64,000 nucleotides of DNA from Candidatus Latescibacterota bacterium. Its GTDB lineage: Bacteria > Latescibacterota > UBA2968 > GCA-2709665. Position numbers and translations under genes: made by a program. Below the pieces are notes generated by a model. The model made no database searches and was not told the origin of the DNA. It was given only the letters and a program-made list of their open reading frames with translations. Positions 46,552 through 55,840 of this stretch are shown here, one piece after another (position 1 is the first letter of the stretch; every line of letters begins with the position of its first letter). The stretch is taken from positions 3,616,001-3,680,000 of the forward strand of contig OZ220733.1 in assembly GCA_965116875.1 (NCBI GenBank), read 5' to 3'.

Positions 46552-47556
46552 TCAACCCGTGCGGTATTGATCCACCGTGGCCATATCCAGCGACACCCCC
46601 AGACCCGGTCCTTCGGGCAGAATGAAGTGCCCGTCCTTTATGACAAGGGCCCCGTTCACGACGTCGGCCACGCGGGTGAACGGCAGTTCGTCGCAGGGCA
46701 GGGTCGCGTTTGGAATGGTCGCCTGGACGTGCACGGAATACGCGGCGAGGACGCCCAGGCACAGGCCGCCCATCTGCACCCAGCACGGGACGTCCGCGGC
46801 TTCCGCGATGGCCGCGGACTTCTTCACCTGCTGCGCCGGCCCACCCAGGTTGACGTAGTCGATGCACTCGGCCTTCAGCGCGTTCAGTACGCCTGCGGGA
46901 GGGCCCAGGTGCAACGCGATCGGGATGTGAGTCTTCTGGCGCAGGAGACGGTACCAATCCAGGTTGTTCTTGAGTACGGGATCTTCGAAGTTGGCGACGG
47001 TGCCGATGGGTTCCAGCTCTTCCGCAAGGCGGGCGGCGACGGTGGGGTGCCGAAACGCCGTGTTGGGATCCACGCCGACGGTGTATTCGGGCCCCGTGGC
47101 ATCCGCCATCAGCCTGACGGTTTCCACGATGTTCCAGGGCCGCGCCTTGAGCTTGTGGTTCGTGAAGCCCAGTCCGGCGCCGACCTCGGCCTCGGCCGCG
47201 GTCTCCTCGGGCTGCATGGCGCACGACCAGTAGGAGACGGGGATGCGGTCGCGGATCTTCTCCCCGAAAAATCGCCATAGGGGGATGCCGTAGGCCTGAC
47301 CGGCGACGTCCAGGAGCGCGCACGCGAAGGGGTCGGGTTCGGCGAACGGATCCAGGTTGAGTGGATCCCTACCTGTCAGCGCGGCGGCTCGTTCCGCAAA
47401 CTGGCTTGGCTCGCCCTGGCATTCGCCGATGCCCTCGAGACCGCCGTCGGTGTGGATGCGGCACAGCGTGATCGAATAGATCCTGGGATGGTACCTGGCA
47501 ATAACCGGTATGGGCGGGACTTCCACTTCGAAGAGTTCGATTTCGGTGATTTTCAC
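46552..47556 (-). CDS. Mandelate racemase/muconate lactonizing enzyme family protein
   Basis: GTG start MKITEIE, GLEGIGE, ALLDVAGQ, HKLKA, VDPN, FEDP, PEGPGLGVSLD. Confidence 0.85.
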   Translation of the reverse strand: MKITEIELFEVEVPPIPVIARYHPRIYSITLCRIHTDGGLEGIGECQGEPSQFAERAAALTGRDPLNLDPFAEPDPFACALLDVAGQAYGIPLWRFFGEKIRDRIPVSYWSCAMQPEETAAEAEVGAGLGFTNHKLKARPWNIVETVRLMADATGPEYTVGVDPNTAFRHPTVAARLAEELEPIGTVANFEDPVLKNNLDWYRLLRQKTHIPIALHLGPPAGVLNALKAECIDYVNLGGPAQQVKKSAAIAEAADVPCWVQMGGLCLGVLAAYSVHVQATIPNATLPCDELPFTRVADVVNGALVIKDGHFILPEGPGLGVSLDMATVDQYRTG

Positions 47557-49058
47557 TTCGAGCCTCCTTTGAGCAGGCACTGTCTGACGGCTGCGAGGCA
47601 GACCTCGACGACCGTGTCCGTATTCATGACAAGGGCGTGCACGTCGTCGCGGTTGCCGGACATTTCGATGAGGAAGGCGGCCGGCGTGCCGCGTTCGGCC
47701 GCGTAGGAGATGCAATAGGGCTCAGGGGGACGGAATTCAGTGATGCGGTCCATGTTTACCTGCTGGTACGCGCCCGCGTATGGCTTCTGGGTCAGATAAC
47801 GGTCCCTCAGACGTTCACGGACGTCCCCATGAATGGCGGCGAGCAGTTCGGCGTCTCCCCTGTGCGGCAGCATCATGATGTAGTCGGCGGTATGGAAGTC
47901 GATGACGCAAAGCGGCCGGCGCCTGTCGATGATGCCCTGGATGACCCGCGTCTCGCGCTCGGATGCGGCTTTCGTGCCCATGTAATTGTAATCCCAGGGC
48001 ATACGTACGTCCTGCGTGTAGTGAAATCCGTCCCAATTGCAATCGAAGTTGCGGTTCAGATCGACGCCCCGGGAGTTCTGGCGGGTGAAACGGTCGAACC
48101 CGCCCGGGTTCTGCACCGGCAGTATCTTGAAGTGCAGATCGCGGGTCTTCAGACCCTCCACGTCAGGATTCCGGGCCAGGATTTCCGCGAGGCGCAGCAG
48201 GCCGTACGCGTTCTCCCATTCCCAGCCATGAATGGCGGCGCCGAAGTACATGGTGGGCCTGGATTCATCGCCGACGTTCAGGGAAACCATCGGCCTGCCG
48301 TCGCTGGAGCGTCCCTCGTCCTCCAGAAAAAGGTCCGGATACCGTTCCACGGTGTCGAACATGAGATCGACGAATCCATCGTAGGAAAGTCGTTCCGGAT
48401 AGTGTTTGCCGTAACGAACGGCGTTGTTGACGATGTTACCCAGGAACAGATATTTGTTTGTGCTGCCCCAGGAATTGTACCACGGGCGTACCGGCGATGC
48501 AAGGTCCATGGCCACGATGCGTCCGTCTCCAACGCTTTCCTCCAGCATGACGGCGCCGCCGTTCAGGTTGGAAATGGCCAGTGCGGAAACGCTCCCGGAG
48601 TTCTCCAGGCCGAGGATCTGGCGCTGGAACATCTGGTTGGCATAGCTCTGATCGGGGGCGCTCGTGACGGTTCCGTACCACCACACGGTGTCGCCGGCGG
48701 AATAGCCCCGGGTCACGTCGTTCTCGATTTCGATTCGCATCTCCGGACGAATGCGGTCCTGCACGTGCGTCTTGCTGAAATGCAGGCCCCGGTTGCGGGC
48801 GTACTCGAAGAGACAGGAGATGACCTGACCCCCGGATTCCGCGAATTCGGTGACGGCGCCGTAGTCCAGACGGTGCAGATTGCGTCCGTCATTCACAGCG
48901 GTGATCACGAATTCATACCGGTTGAGTACGCCGGGGTCGCAGGGTTCGCTTCTGAAGTCCAGGCGTCTGACCCTGCCCGGATAGAGAATGTCCAGATCCG
49001 CCCCGATGGTTCCGCCGGAACCGTCGGAAAGCAGGAGGATGTTCTGACTGGATTGCAT
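47553..49058 (-). CDS. M14 zinc carboxypeptidase family protein with extra N-terminal domain
   Basis: G.SSDGRP, AIHGWE, PVQNPGG, RQN..GVDLNRNF, SERET, IDFH, LIE. Confidence 0.82.
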   Translation of the reverse strand: MQSSQNILLLSDGSGGTIGADLDILYPGRVRRLDFRSEPCDPGVLNRYEFVITAVNDGRNLHRLDYGAVTEFAESGGQVISCLFEYARNRGLHFSKTHVQDRIRPEMRIEIENDVTRGYSAGDTVWWYGTVTSAPDQSYANQMFQRQILGLENSGSVSALAISNLNGGAVMLEESVGDGRIVAMDLASPVRPWYNSWGSTNKYLFLGNIVNNAVRYGKHYPERLSYDGFVDLMFDTVERYPDLFLEDEGRSSDGRPMVSLNVGDESRPTMYFGAAIHGWEWENAYGLLRLAEILARNPDVEGLKTRDLHFKILPVQNPGGFDRFTRQNSRGVDLNRNFDCNWDGFHYTQDVRMPWDYNYMGTKAASERETRVIQGIIDRRRPLCVIDFHTADYIMMLPHRGDAELLAAIHGDVRERLRDRYLTQKPYAGAYQQVNMDRITEFRPPEPYCISYAAERGTPAAFLIEMSGNRDDVHALVMNTDTVVEVCLAAVRQCLLKGGSK

Positions 49059-49121
49059 AGTGCCGCCTGTCCACGGCGCTCTCAATTCCGTGCGAAGCGT
49101 GGACCCGTGACGACCGATCGG

Positions 49122-50138
49122 CTATGGTCCTGTGATTGCTGGAGGGTTGACGACATTTCTGAGCGGCTGACCGAGCAGGGCCTTTCTGCAGGTTTCGGCG
49201 GTACTGGTGCGCAGGTCCGTCAGACTCTGCTCCGAGTAGAATGCGGAATGCGGCGTCAATAGCACGCGATGGTGTGCGGCGTGTGCGGGATCCCGCCAGG
49301 CGACGACGAGTGGATCGTCTTCCTTGAGCTGTTCCCATTCGAAAACGTCGATCCCCGCCCCGGCCAGACGGCCGGAAGCGACGGCGTCAGGGATCGCCGA
49401 CGTGTCGACGATCGCGCCGCGGGCGGTATTCACCAGGTACGAACCTTCAGGCATGAGCGCGATGGCCTCGGCGTTTATCAGGTGGCGGGTCTCGTCCGTA
49501 AGCGGGCAGTGGATGCTGAGCGTGAAGGCCTGACCGAGTGTTTCCTCCAGGGTTTCCACGCGGCGTATGCCAAGGGCTTTGGCGTATCCATCCGGCTTGT
49601 ACGGATCGTAAAAACATACGTCCATGCCCAGCGCCCTTGCGCGCAGGGCGGCGGCCGTGCCGATGCGCCCAAGGCCGACAATGGCAAACACGCTTCCGCG
49701 AACGCGTTGCAGGGGCGCCGCCTGGGAGGGCGACCAGGGTCCCTGCGACGCCCGCAGGCGCGAGTTGAGGAACGCGACGCCCCGGATCATCGAGACTGCC
49801 ATGCCCACGGCGGCATCGGCCACGTCTTCGGTACCGTAATCCGGCACGTTGCAGACCGGAATGCCCAGTTCGCGGGCGCGGACCACGTCTACGTTGTCGA
49901 ATCCCACGCCGCCGCGTGCGATGACTCTGCAATTCCGGAGACGATTCAGGGTCAGCCCGGAGAGGACGATATAGTGGTAGGGAATGATGGCGTCGGCGCC
50001 TTCAATCCTGCCCGCGAGTTCGTCTTCCCGCGTCGCGTTCAGGACCCGGACGTCGGCAACGTCGCGCAGGATTTCCGTCTCAAGATCGGGATTCGAGATG
50101 AAATCCGTGATGACGACGTCTGATCTGGGTCCGGACAT
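49122..50138 (-). CDS. D-2-hydroxyacid dehydrogenase (CtBP-like)
   Basis: GVGFDNVD, NVPDYG, GLGRIG, HCPLT, NTARG, GAGIDV, TPHSAFYS. Confidence 0.92.
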   Translation of the reverse strand: MSGPRSDVVITDFISNPDLETEILRDVADVRVLNATREDELAGRIEGADAIIPYHYIVLSGLTLNRLRNCRVIARGGVGFDNVDVVRARELGIPVCNVPDYGTEDVADAAVGMAVSMIRGVAFLNSRLRASQGPWSPSQAAPLQRVRGSVFAIVGLGRIGTAAALRARALGMDVCFYDPYKPDGYAKALGIRRVETLEETLGQAFTLSIHCPLTDETRHLINAEAIALMPEGSYLVNTARGAIVDTSAIPDAVASGRLAGAGIDVFEWEQLKEDDPLVVAWRDPAHAAHHRVLLTPHSAFYSEQSLTDLRTSTAETCRKALLGQPLRNVVNPPAITGP

Positions 50139-50315
50139 GTTGGATATGGCGGCGTGTGGGAATGAGGGGACGGAAGGTGTTCGCGACCGTTCGGGACATC
50201 AACCTATGTTCGTATTCCGGGCAAGTCAAGCCCATTCCGGTCACCCTCAAGGGTCCCCAAAAACGGGGAGTCGATGCAGTCCGGGCCGCAGTGACCTGTC
50301 GACCCGTCTCAGCCG

Positions 50316-50348
50316 TCGCAGCCCGGATGGGCTTTTTTCAACGGGCTG
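50316..50348 (+). mobile_element. MITE A right-end remnant overlapping the 3' end of a gene
   Basis: GCAGCCCGGATGGGCTTTTTTCAACGGGCTG. Confidence 0.65.
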
Positions 50349-51591
50349 CCGGATCGCTCCATCGCTCGCGGGCGTATCGGATGACGTCAGGACCGGGTTT
50401 CACGTAACCGCGCGTGCTGGGAGGCGGCTGGTCGGGGCCGGCGTCCTCCGGGTAGGGCGACCAGCGGTCCTCCACGTAGGGCATGCACGCTGTTTTCCGC
50501 CGGAAGTCGGGAACCGGAAACGGGGCGCCGTTTTCGAGGCAGGAACGCCAGGCCTGCACGCCGACGGCGGCCATGGCAACGCCCCGGTACACGTTCAGAT
50601 AGGGTTGGCGGCCTGAACGGATGGCGCGCGCGAAGTGGAAATTGGTCCAGAAATCTCCGCCTCCGTGGCCGGCCTTCCGGGCGAGATCGCCGTGTTCGGG
50701 CCAGTCGGCGGTGTACGTCCGGTCCAGTGGCTGACCCCTGTCGCGCAGCCAGTCTTCGTGATGTATGCGGACGCAGCTCCAGTGGTTGGGTTCGGCGGTG
50801 GCAATGAGACCCCGTTCACCGTGGATCTCGTAGCGTACCCGGTGGATGGAACTGAGCTGCAGGCCCAGAATCCGAAAGACGGCGCCTTTGTCCATGCGGA
50901 CCAGGATCAAACCGCCCTGATCCCCCACGCGTACCCGGTGGGGAGACTGGGTGGGTTCTTCAACGATCGACAGCGCGTTGACGGATACGGGCATGGTCCC
51001 CGTGATGCACATCAGCGGCGCGAGTGCGTGGCTGCAGTAGTATGTGGGCGGAATCCAGTTGCGCCAGTGATTCAGCCCCGGAGAGATACCCAGGCGCCAG
51101 TTTTCCTCGGCGGCGTGGTTGTATTCTCCTTCGGCGTAGGTGACGTTTCCGATCTCGCCGCTGCGGTACAGGCGGCGCAACTCCTGGTTGGCCGCGGAAA
51201 AAGGGTAGTTTTCGGCGAACATGTAGATCCGACCGCTGGCTTCCACCGCCCGGCAGAGGGCAACGCCTTCGGCAAGCGTCTTGCACGCGGCCGTTTCGCT
51301 CATCACGTGCTTGTCCGCCTGAAGCGCCTTGATGGCGAACGGCGCGTGCTCATGGCTGTAGTTCGCCAGGATGACCGCGTCCATTTCATGCTCGAGGAAA
51401 CGGTCGTAGTCCGTGTACGTGGCCACGCCGTACTCCCTGCCCACCTGTTCGAGCTTCTCCTTCCAGGTATCGCAGAGCGCCACGAGTTTCATACCCACCG
51501 TGTCGGTAGCGCCCCGGGCGAAGCTCTGCCCCCGGCCCACACCGATGATACCGACCCGGATGGGGCCTTTACCGGACTGGTGCTGCGGCAT
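50338..51591 (-). CDS. Gfo/Idh/MocA oxidoreductase
   Basis: IRVGIIGVG, HAP.AI.AL..KHVMSE, ENY, GEYNH, GHGGGDF. Confidence 0.88.
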   Translation of the reverse strand: MPQHQSGKGPIRVGIIGVGRGQSFARGATDTVGMKLVALCDTWKEKLEQVGREYGVATYTDYDRFLEHEMDAVILANYSHEHAPFAIKALQADKHVMSETAACKTLAEGVALCRAVEASGRIYMFAENYPFSAANQELRRLYRSGEIGNVTYAEGEYNHAAEENWRLGISPGLNHWRNWIPPTYYCSHALAPLMCITGTMPVSVNALSIVEEPTQSPHRVRVGDQGGLILVRMDKGAVFRILGLQLSSIHRVRYEIHGERGLIATAEPNHWSCVRIHHEDWLRDRGQPLDRTYTADWPEHGDLARKAGHGGGDFWTNFHFARAIRSGRQPYLNVYRGVAMAAVGVQAWRSCLENGAPFPVPDFRRKTACMPYVEDRWSPYPEDAGPDQPPPSTRGYVKPGPDVIRYARERWSDPAAR

Positions 51592-51720
51592 CTATGGAGC
51601 TCCTCGCGTTCAAAGTGGCGGAATGGATCGGTTCTCCAATGCGCCTCGTGTGGCAATTGATTTCACCCACGGGTGTTTCGTAGTCGTGCGTTTTTCGTCT
51701 TCTCGTCCCTTCCTCCGCGT

Positions 51721-52578
51721 TCATGCCTCCAGCAACCGCCGGATATATGTACCCTGTTCGCCGACCTTGGCGTCGTCGTCACCCGGACCGAAGTCTTCCA
51801 GCGAAAGGTACCCGGAATAGCCGACGGCTTTGAAGTCACGAACGATCTGGCCGACGTTGGCGATCCCTTCCCGGACGTCGGCGAAGTCCCATTCCCAGAT
51901 CCGGGCGCCGGTCTCGTCACGGCCGGTAACGACAGGGCTGCCGTTGCCGATGTGGCAGTGGGCGAGATAGGGACCGAGCATCTCCATACCCATCCTGGTG
52001 TCTTCGAGGCCCACGCGCAGCATGTTCGGAATATCGTAGATGGCGCCGATCCGGTCCGGGTCCAGGTCGCGCAGCAGTTCGATGGCGCGTGAACAGGTGA
52101 CGGCGACGGTGCCCACGTGAATCTCGTAGAGGATTTTGACGTTATAGGTACGGGCGGTCTCGGCGAGGTTCGCAAAACCTGCCCGCGCATCGAGAAACTG
52201 GGGCCAGTAGGGCTGCGTCCTGTCGTGCCTCGGCGCGCCGATGCGGATCATGGGTGGATTGTCCGGATTCAGCGCGGCGGCGCCCCGGAACAGCTTCTCC
52301 ACGACTTCGGTATCTTCCAACGTCACGTTCGGGGCCAGTGCGATCACCTTTATGCCGGACCGTCTCTCTGCCGCCCGGATCGCTTCGGCCTTCTGAACGA
52401 TGTTATCGGGGCTGACGTCGGACAGGTGACGGCCCCAGAACGAGGGCGCTTCGGAATCGTCTTCCGGGTTGTAACGACAGCGCAATTCGATGCCGTCGTA
52501 CCCATGTTCGGCCAGCTTGTCGAAGGTGCGGTCCAGGTCCCAGCGAGGAAGCATGACCGACGTGCAGGAGAGTTTCAT
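51721..52578 (-). CDS. Sugar-phosphate isomerase/epimerase (AP-endonuclease-2 TIM barrel)
   Basis: GYDGIEL, YEIH, YDIPN, HCH, GYSGYLSLE. Confidence 0.82.
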   Translation of the reverse strand: MKLSCTSVMLPRWDLDRTFDKLAEHGYDGIELRCRYNPEDDSEAPSFWGRHLSDVSPDNIVQKAEAIRAAERRSGIKVIALAPNVTLEDTEVVEKLFRGAAALNPDNPPMIRIGAPRHDRTQPYWPQFLDARAGFANLAETARTYNVKILYEIHVGTVAVTCSRAIELLRDLDPDRIGAIYDIPNMLRVGLEDTRMGMEMLGPYLAHCHIGNGSPVVTGRDETGARIWEWDFADVREGIANVGQIVRDFKAVGYSGYLSLEDFGPGDDDAKVGEQGTYIRRLLEA

Positions 52579-52590
52579 AGGGCCTCCGGC

Positions 52591-53655
52591 CTACGGTATG
52601 AATCGGGTTTTCGGCGTGATTGCCAGGATGAATTCGGTGAGCAGGGCAACGGTCCGGTCCAGGTCCTTCAGCGAGAGAACCTCCACGGGCGTGTGCATGT
52701 AACGCAACGCCACGCTGACGAGGCCCGTGGCCACCCCGGCGCGCGTGAGCTGGATGGCATTCGCGTCCGTTCCCGTCCCCCCCGCCGCGGCCTCGATCTG
52801 AACCGGCACATCGGCCTTTCGCGCCGCGGCCACGAGGCGTTTGAAGACGACGGGATTGATGTTCGCTCCACGGGCGATGACGGGGCCCGCCCCCACCTTC
52901 AGATCGCCGTCCCGGCGTTTGTCGACGTCCGGATGATCGGTGGCGCACGCGACGTCCAGGCCGATGCCGACGTGCGGGTTGATTCCGTACGCACTGGTTC
53001 TGGCGCCTCGAAGTCCGATCTCTTCCTGGACGGTGGCAACCGCGAACAGGGCGGCTCCGGACGTTTTCTCGGACCGGGCAACGCAGCGCAGGGTCTCCGC
53101 CGCGACGTACGCGCCCATTTTGTTGTCGAACGCGCGGGAGACGGCCAGGTCTCCCCGGATCACTTCGAAATTGGGATCGTACGTGACGGGATCGCCGATG
53201 TCGACGACTTTACCGGCCTCCTCCTTGTCCGCTGCGCCGACGTCGATCCAGAGATCGTGAATCTTCGGTGTCTTTTTCCGGTCTTCATCGGTCATCAGAT
53301 GGACCGGTTTCTTGCCGAATACGCCGGGAATGGGGCCGGATGACGTGTGGATGCGGACTTTCCTGCCCGGGATGATATTCGTGTCGAAGCCGCCGATCGC
53401 GTTGACGTAGATGAATCCGTTGTCGTCGATATGGTTGACCTGGAATCCCAGTTCATCCATATGCCCGGCCAGCATGATTCGCGGGCTGCCTTTGGGATTG
53501 TGGACGGCAATCGCGTTGCCGTGCGCGTCAACGGAGACTTTGTCCGCGTATTTCTTCGCTTCCGCCGTCCAGACGTCGCGGACGGGGCCTTCGTACCCGG
53601 ATGGACCGGGCGCATTGAGCATGGATTCGAGAAAAGCACGGGAAGATTTACGCAT
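52591..53655 (-). CDS. M42 family aminopeptidase
   Basis: PSGYE, D.HGN, AGHMDELG, AFDNK, TVQEEIGLRGA, LDV, TGTDA, RYMHTPVE. Confidence 0.94.
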   Translation of the reverse strand: MRKSSRAFLESMLNAPGPSGYEGPVRDVWTAEAKKYADKVSVDAHGNAIAVHNPKGSPRIMLAGHMDELGFQVNHIDDNGFIYVNAIGGFDTNIIPGRKVRIHTSSGPIPGVFGKKPVHLMTDEDRKKTPKIHDLWIDVGAADKEEAGKVVDIGDPVTYDPNFEVIRGDLAVSRAFDNKMGAYVAAETLRCVARSEKTSGAALFAVATVQEEIGLRGARTSAYGINPHVGIGLDVACATDHPDVDKRRDGDLKVGAGPVIARGANINPVVFKRLVAAARKADVPVQIEAAAGGTGTDANAIQLTRAGVATGLVSVALRYMHTPVEVLSLKDLDRTVALLTEFILAITPKTRFIP

Positions 53656-54694
53656 CGCTTTCCTTTCTGTTTACTGCGCGTCTCCGGCATTGTTCGATGA
53701 CGCGGATCAATTCGCGTGATTCGTGGATCCCGATATGGGGCTCCGCGTTTCCCGTCAATGTATCATGGATGTTCGCGTAAAAGTCGAGCTGGGCTTCCGG
53801 GCGGATCGGCACGGTCTCTTCCCGCCACGGGAGCCGGTCCTTGTTGTCATAGCTGCGCCCGGGCGCCGCGCCGTCGAAAACCTCCAGTTCCGGCGCCTGT
53901 TCGGGGTTGTAATACCGGATATGAAACGCGTCTTCCGACTGGGCGAGGGTTCCGTGACGACCGCACACGTGCCAGGGCGGAAGCGGGAGGGCGGCGGCCT
54001 GATTGATCTCCAGATCGAGAAGCTGGTTCCGCAGGGTCTTGAGCCAGACCTTCACCACGTCGTCCGCGTCTCCGCGCGTCGCGACGGCCCAGAGGCTGCA
54101 TTGCGTATCGACAACGGGCGTGCCATCCGAGAGATACAGCAACTGGTCGATGTAGTGGGCGCCGTAGTTGTTGAGCATACCGCCGCCGTGTTTGCGCAGG
54201 CTCTGCCAGTCACTGCGTCGCACGTAGCGCGTCAACGACCTTCGGATGAGGTATACCGGACCGAGGATTTCGCTGTCCAGGATGCCTTTGAGCGTCTGGG
54301 TCTCGGCAGCGAGGCGATGCGGCTGGTAGACAAGTACGCGGCGGCCGTGCCGCTCCGCCTCGTCAATGATACGGTCGGCCGATTTGAGGGTGGTGGTCAT
54401 CGGCTTTTCGAGGATGACGTGACAGCCTTCGCGGAGCGCTCGACGGGCGTGCCGTTCGTGGAGTCTTGTAGGGGTTGCGACGACCAGTATGTCAGGGCGT
54501 TCTTTCTTCCAGAACGCTCCGGGAGTCCGGTATGTCCGGCAGCCGGACAGAGCCGCCGCCTCCTGGAGACGCTCGGGGAGCGGGTCGATTACGGCGGCGA
54601 GCTGGAAATTCGGCGCATCCTTGAGTTTATTGAAGTGTATGGACCATCCGGCCCGGCCCAGTCCGGCTATCGCCACCCTCAACTCTGTCGACAT
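53648..54694 (-). CDS. Gfo/Idh/MocA oxidoreductase
   Basis: VAIAGLGRAG, ATPT..H, HVILEKPM, GGGML.NYGAH.ID. Confidence 0.9.
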   Translation of the reverse strand: MSTELRVAIAGLGRAGWSIHFNKLKDAPNFQLAAVIDPLPERLQEAAALSGCRTYRTPGAFWKKERPDILVVATPTRLHERHARRALREGCHVILEKPMTTTLKSADRIIDEAERHGRRVLVYQPHRLAAETQTLKGILDSEILGPVYLIRRSLTRYVRRSDWQSLRKHGGGMLNNYGAHYIDQLLYLSDGTPVVDTQCSLWAVATRGDADDVVKVWLKTLRNQLLDLEINQAAALPLPPWHVCGRHGTLAQSEDAFHIRYYNPEQAPELEVFDGAAPGRSYDNKDRLPWREETVPIRPEAQLDFYANIHDTLTGNAEPHIGIHESRELIRVIEQCRRRAVNRKESDA

Positions 54695-54720
54695 CTCTGG
54701 TATCCCGAGGCATTTGCTAA

Positions 54721-55044
54721 CAGTCCGTTGAGAAAGTCGCTCTGCAGGCGAGGCCTGGTGTTCCGGCCCGGAAATATGTCACCATTCATCCGCCGATTCA
54801 TCCCGTCTGGCGGCGTTGCCTTCGCTCGGTGACCGTAAGCAGGTCGCCTTGCTCAGGCGCCTTGCCAGCCGGGCGACTCGGCGGCCAAATTTCGGCAATC
54901 TATTTCCGGGGCGGAACACTTGCCATTGTGGTCGAAGACAAGGCGCGCGACCGAGTCCCATCCTGCGATTCGGCGAGGGAGCGCAACGCAGTATTTCGAC
55001 CGCAAGGGCCGGCCGTAGCCCGGATGGACTTTTTCAACGGGCTG
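54721..55044 (+). mobile_element. MITE family A with perfect 4-bp TSD, carrying nested element C
   Basis: CTAA|CAGTCCGTTGAGAAAGTC...GACTTTTTCAACGGGCTG|CTAA. Confidence 0.9.
54758..54919. mobile_element. MITE family C, 162 bp, nested in A
   Basis: TIRs GTGTTCCGGCCCGGAAATA / TATTTCCGGGGCGGAACAC (18/19); absent from the A copy at 11716. Confidence 0.85.
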
Positions 55045-55058
55045 CTAACGTGAGAAAG

Positions 55059-55087
55059 TTGACGGCGTTGCTTTCTCTGTCTATATT
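55059..55087 (+). promoter_or_regulatory. Putative sigma70 promoter for the membrane protein-polX pair
   Basis: TTGACG, 17 nt, TATATT. Confidence 0.6.
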
Positions 55088-55211
55088 CCTGCGAACGGCG
55101 TAGAAGATAAATCCTGCGACCCAATTGTCCAAAGGAATCATGAGGGGTTTTCGCTGGATCCGGGCGTCGTGCGTGCTGGTCATCTTTCTTTGAATTGTCA
55201 GGAGGTCCGCG

Positions 55212-55787
55212 GTGGGAACCGGGTCGGAACGTCCGGGTGCTTCCGAGGGGGTCAGATCGACAACGATGCAGGCGGCGATTCTGGGCATGCTCGTTGTAAA
55301 TGTCCCGCTGTTGCTGGTCAGCTTCGGGATGGGTTACGCGTCGCGTTTCGACCTGATGTCGGTGTCGGTGAGCGCCCACCTGAAGGTGGGGCTTCTCGCC
55401 GCGTTTCTCACGGTCCTGACGCAGACGACGACGATGTTTTACTTTATGGGAACGGGTTCCGCGATCAAGGCCGAGGTGCGGGAGCGAGGTCTGAGTCCGG
55501 AGTTTCTGGCGCGCGCCCGCTCGTTCAAGGGGGGTTTCTTCTACCTTCTGACCCTTGGTATTCTGCTGATTATGGCCGCAGCAATGATCGGTGGCGGCGC
55601 CCACGCCGACCTGCTGTGGAGCGGCGGCGAAGGGGGCCGTACATTTTACCAGATCCTGCACGAGGTCCTGGCGATCCTGAGTCTTCTGGTGAATATGATC
55701 GCGTTTGCCCTCACACCCATCTATATCCGGAAGAACAACCGGTTGCTGGACGACGTAGGCAGTACACGGGCCGCGGCACAGGAGTAG
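55212..55787 (+). CDS. Hypothetical 4-TM membrane protein
   Basis: AGGAGG SD before GTG (alternative ATG 55266); four hydrophobic segments, several with His; FYFMGTG. Confidence 0.75.
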   Translation: MGTGSERPGASEGVRSTTMQAAILGMLVVNVPLLLVSFGMGYASRFDLMSVSVSAHLKVGLLAAFLTVLTQTTTMFYFMGTGSAIKAEVRERGLSPEFLARARSFKGGFFYLLTLGILLIMAAAMIGGGAHADLLWSGGEGGRTFYQILHEVLAILSLLVNMIAFALTPIYIRKNNRLLDDVGSTRAAAQE

Positions 55788-55840
55788 ACGGCCGCGGCCG
55801 GGGAACGCACCGCCGCCTGCAAGCGGATCACGGAGGGACT

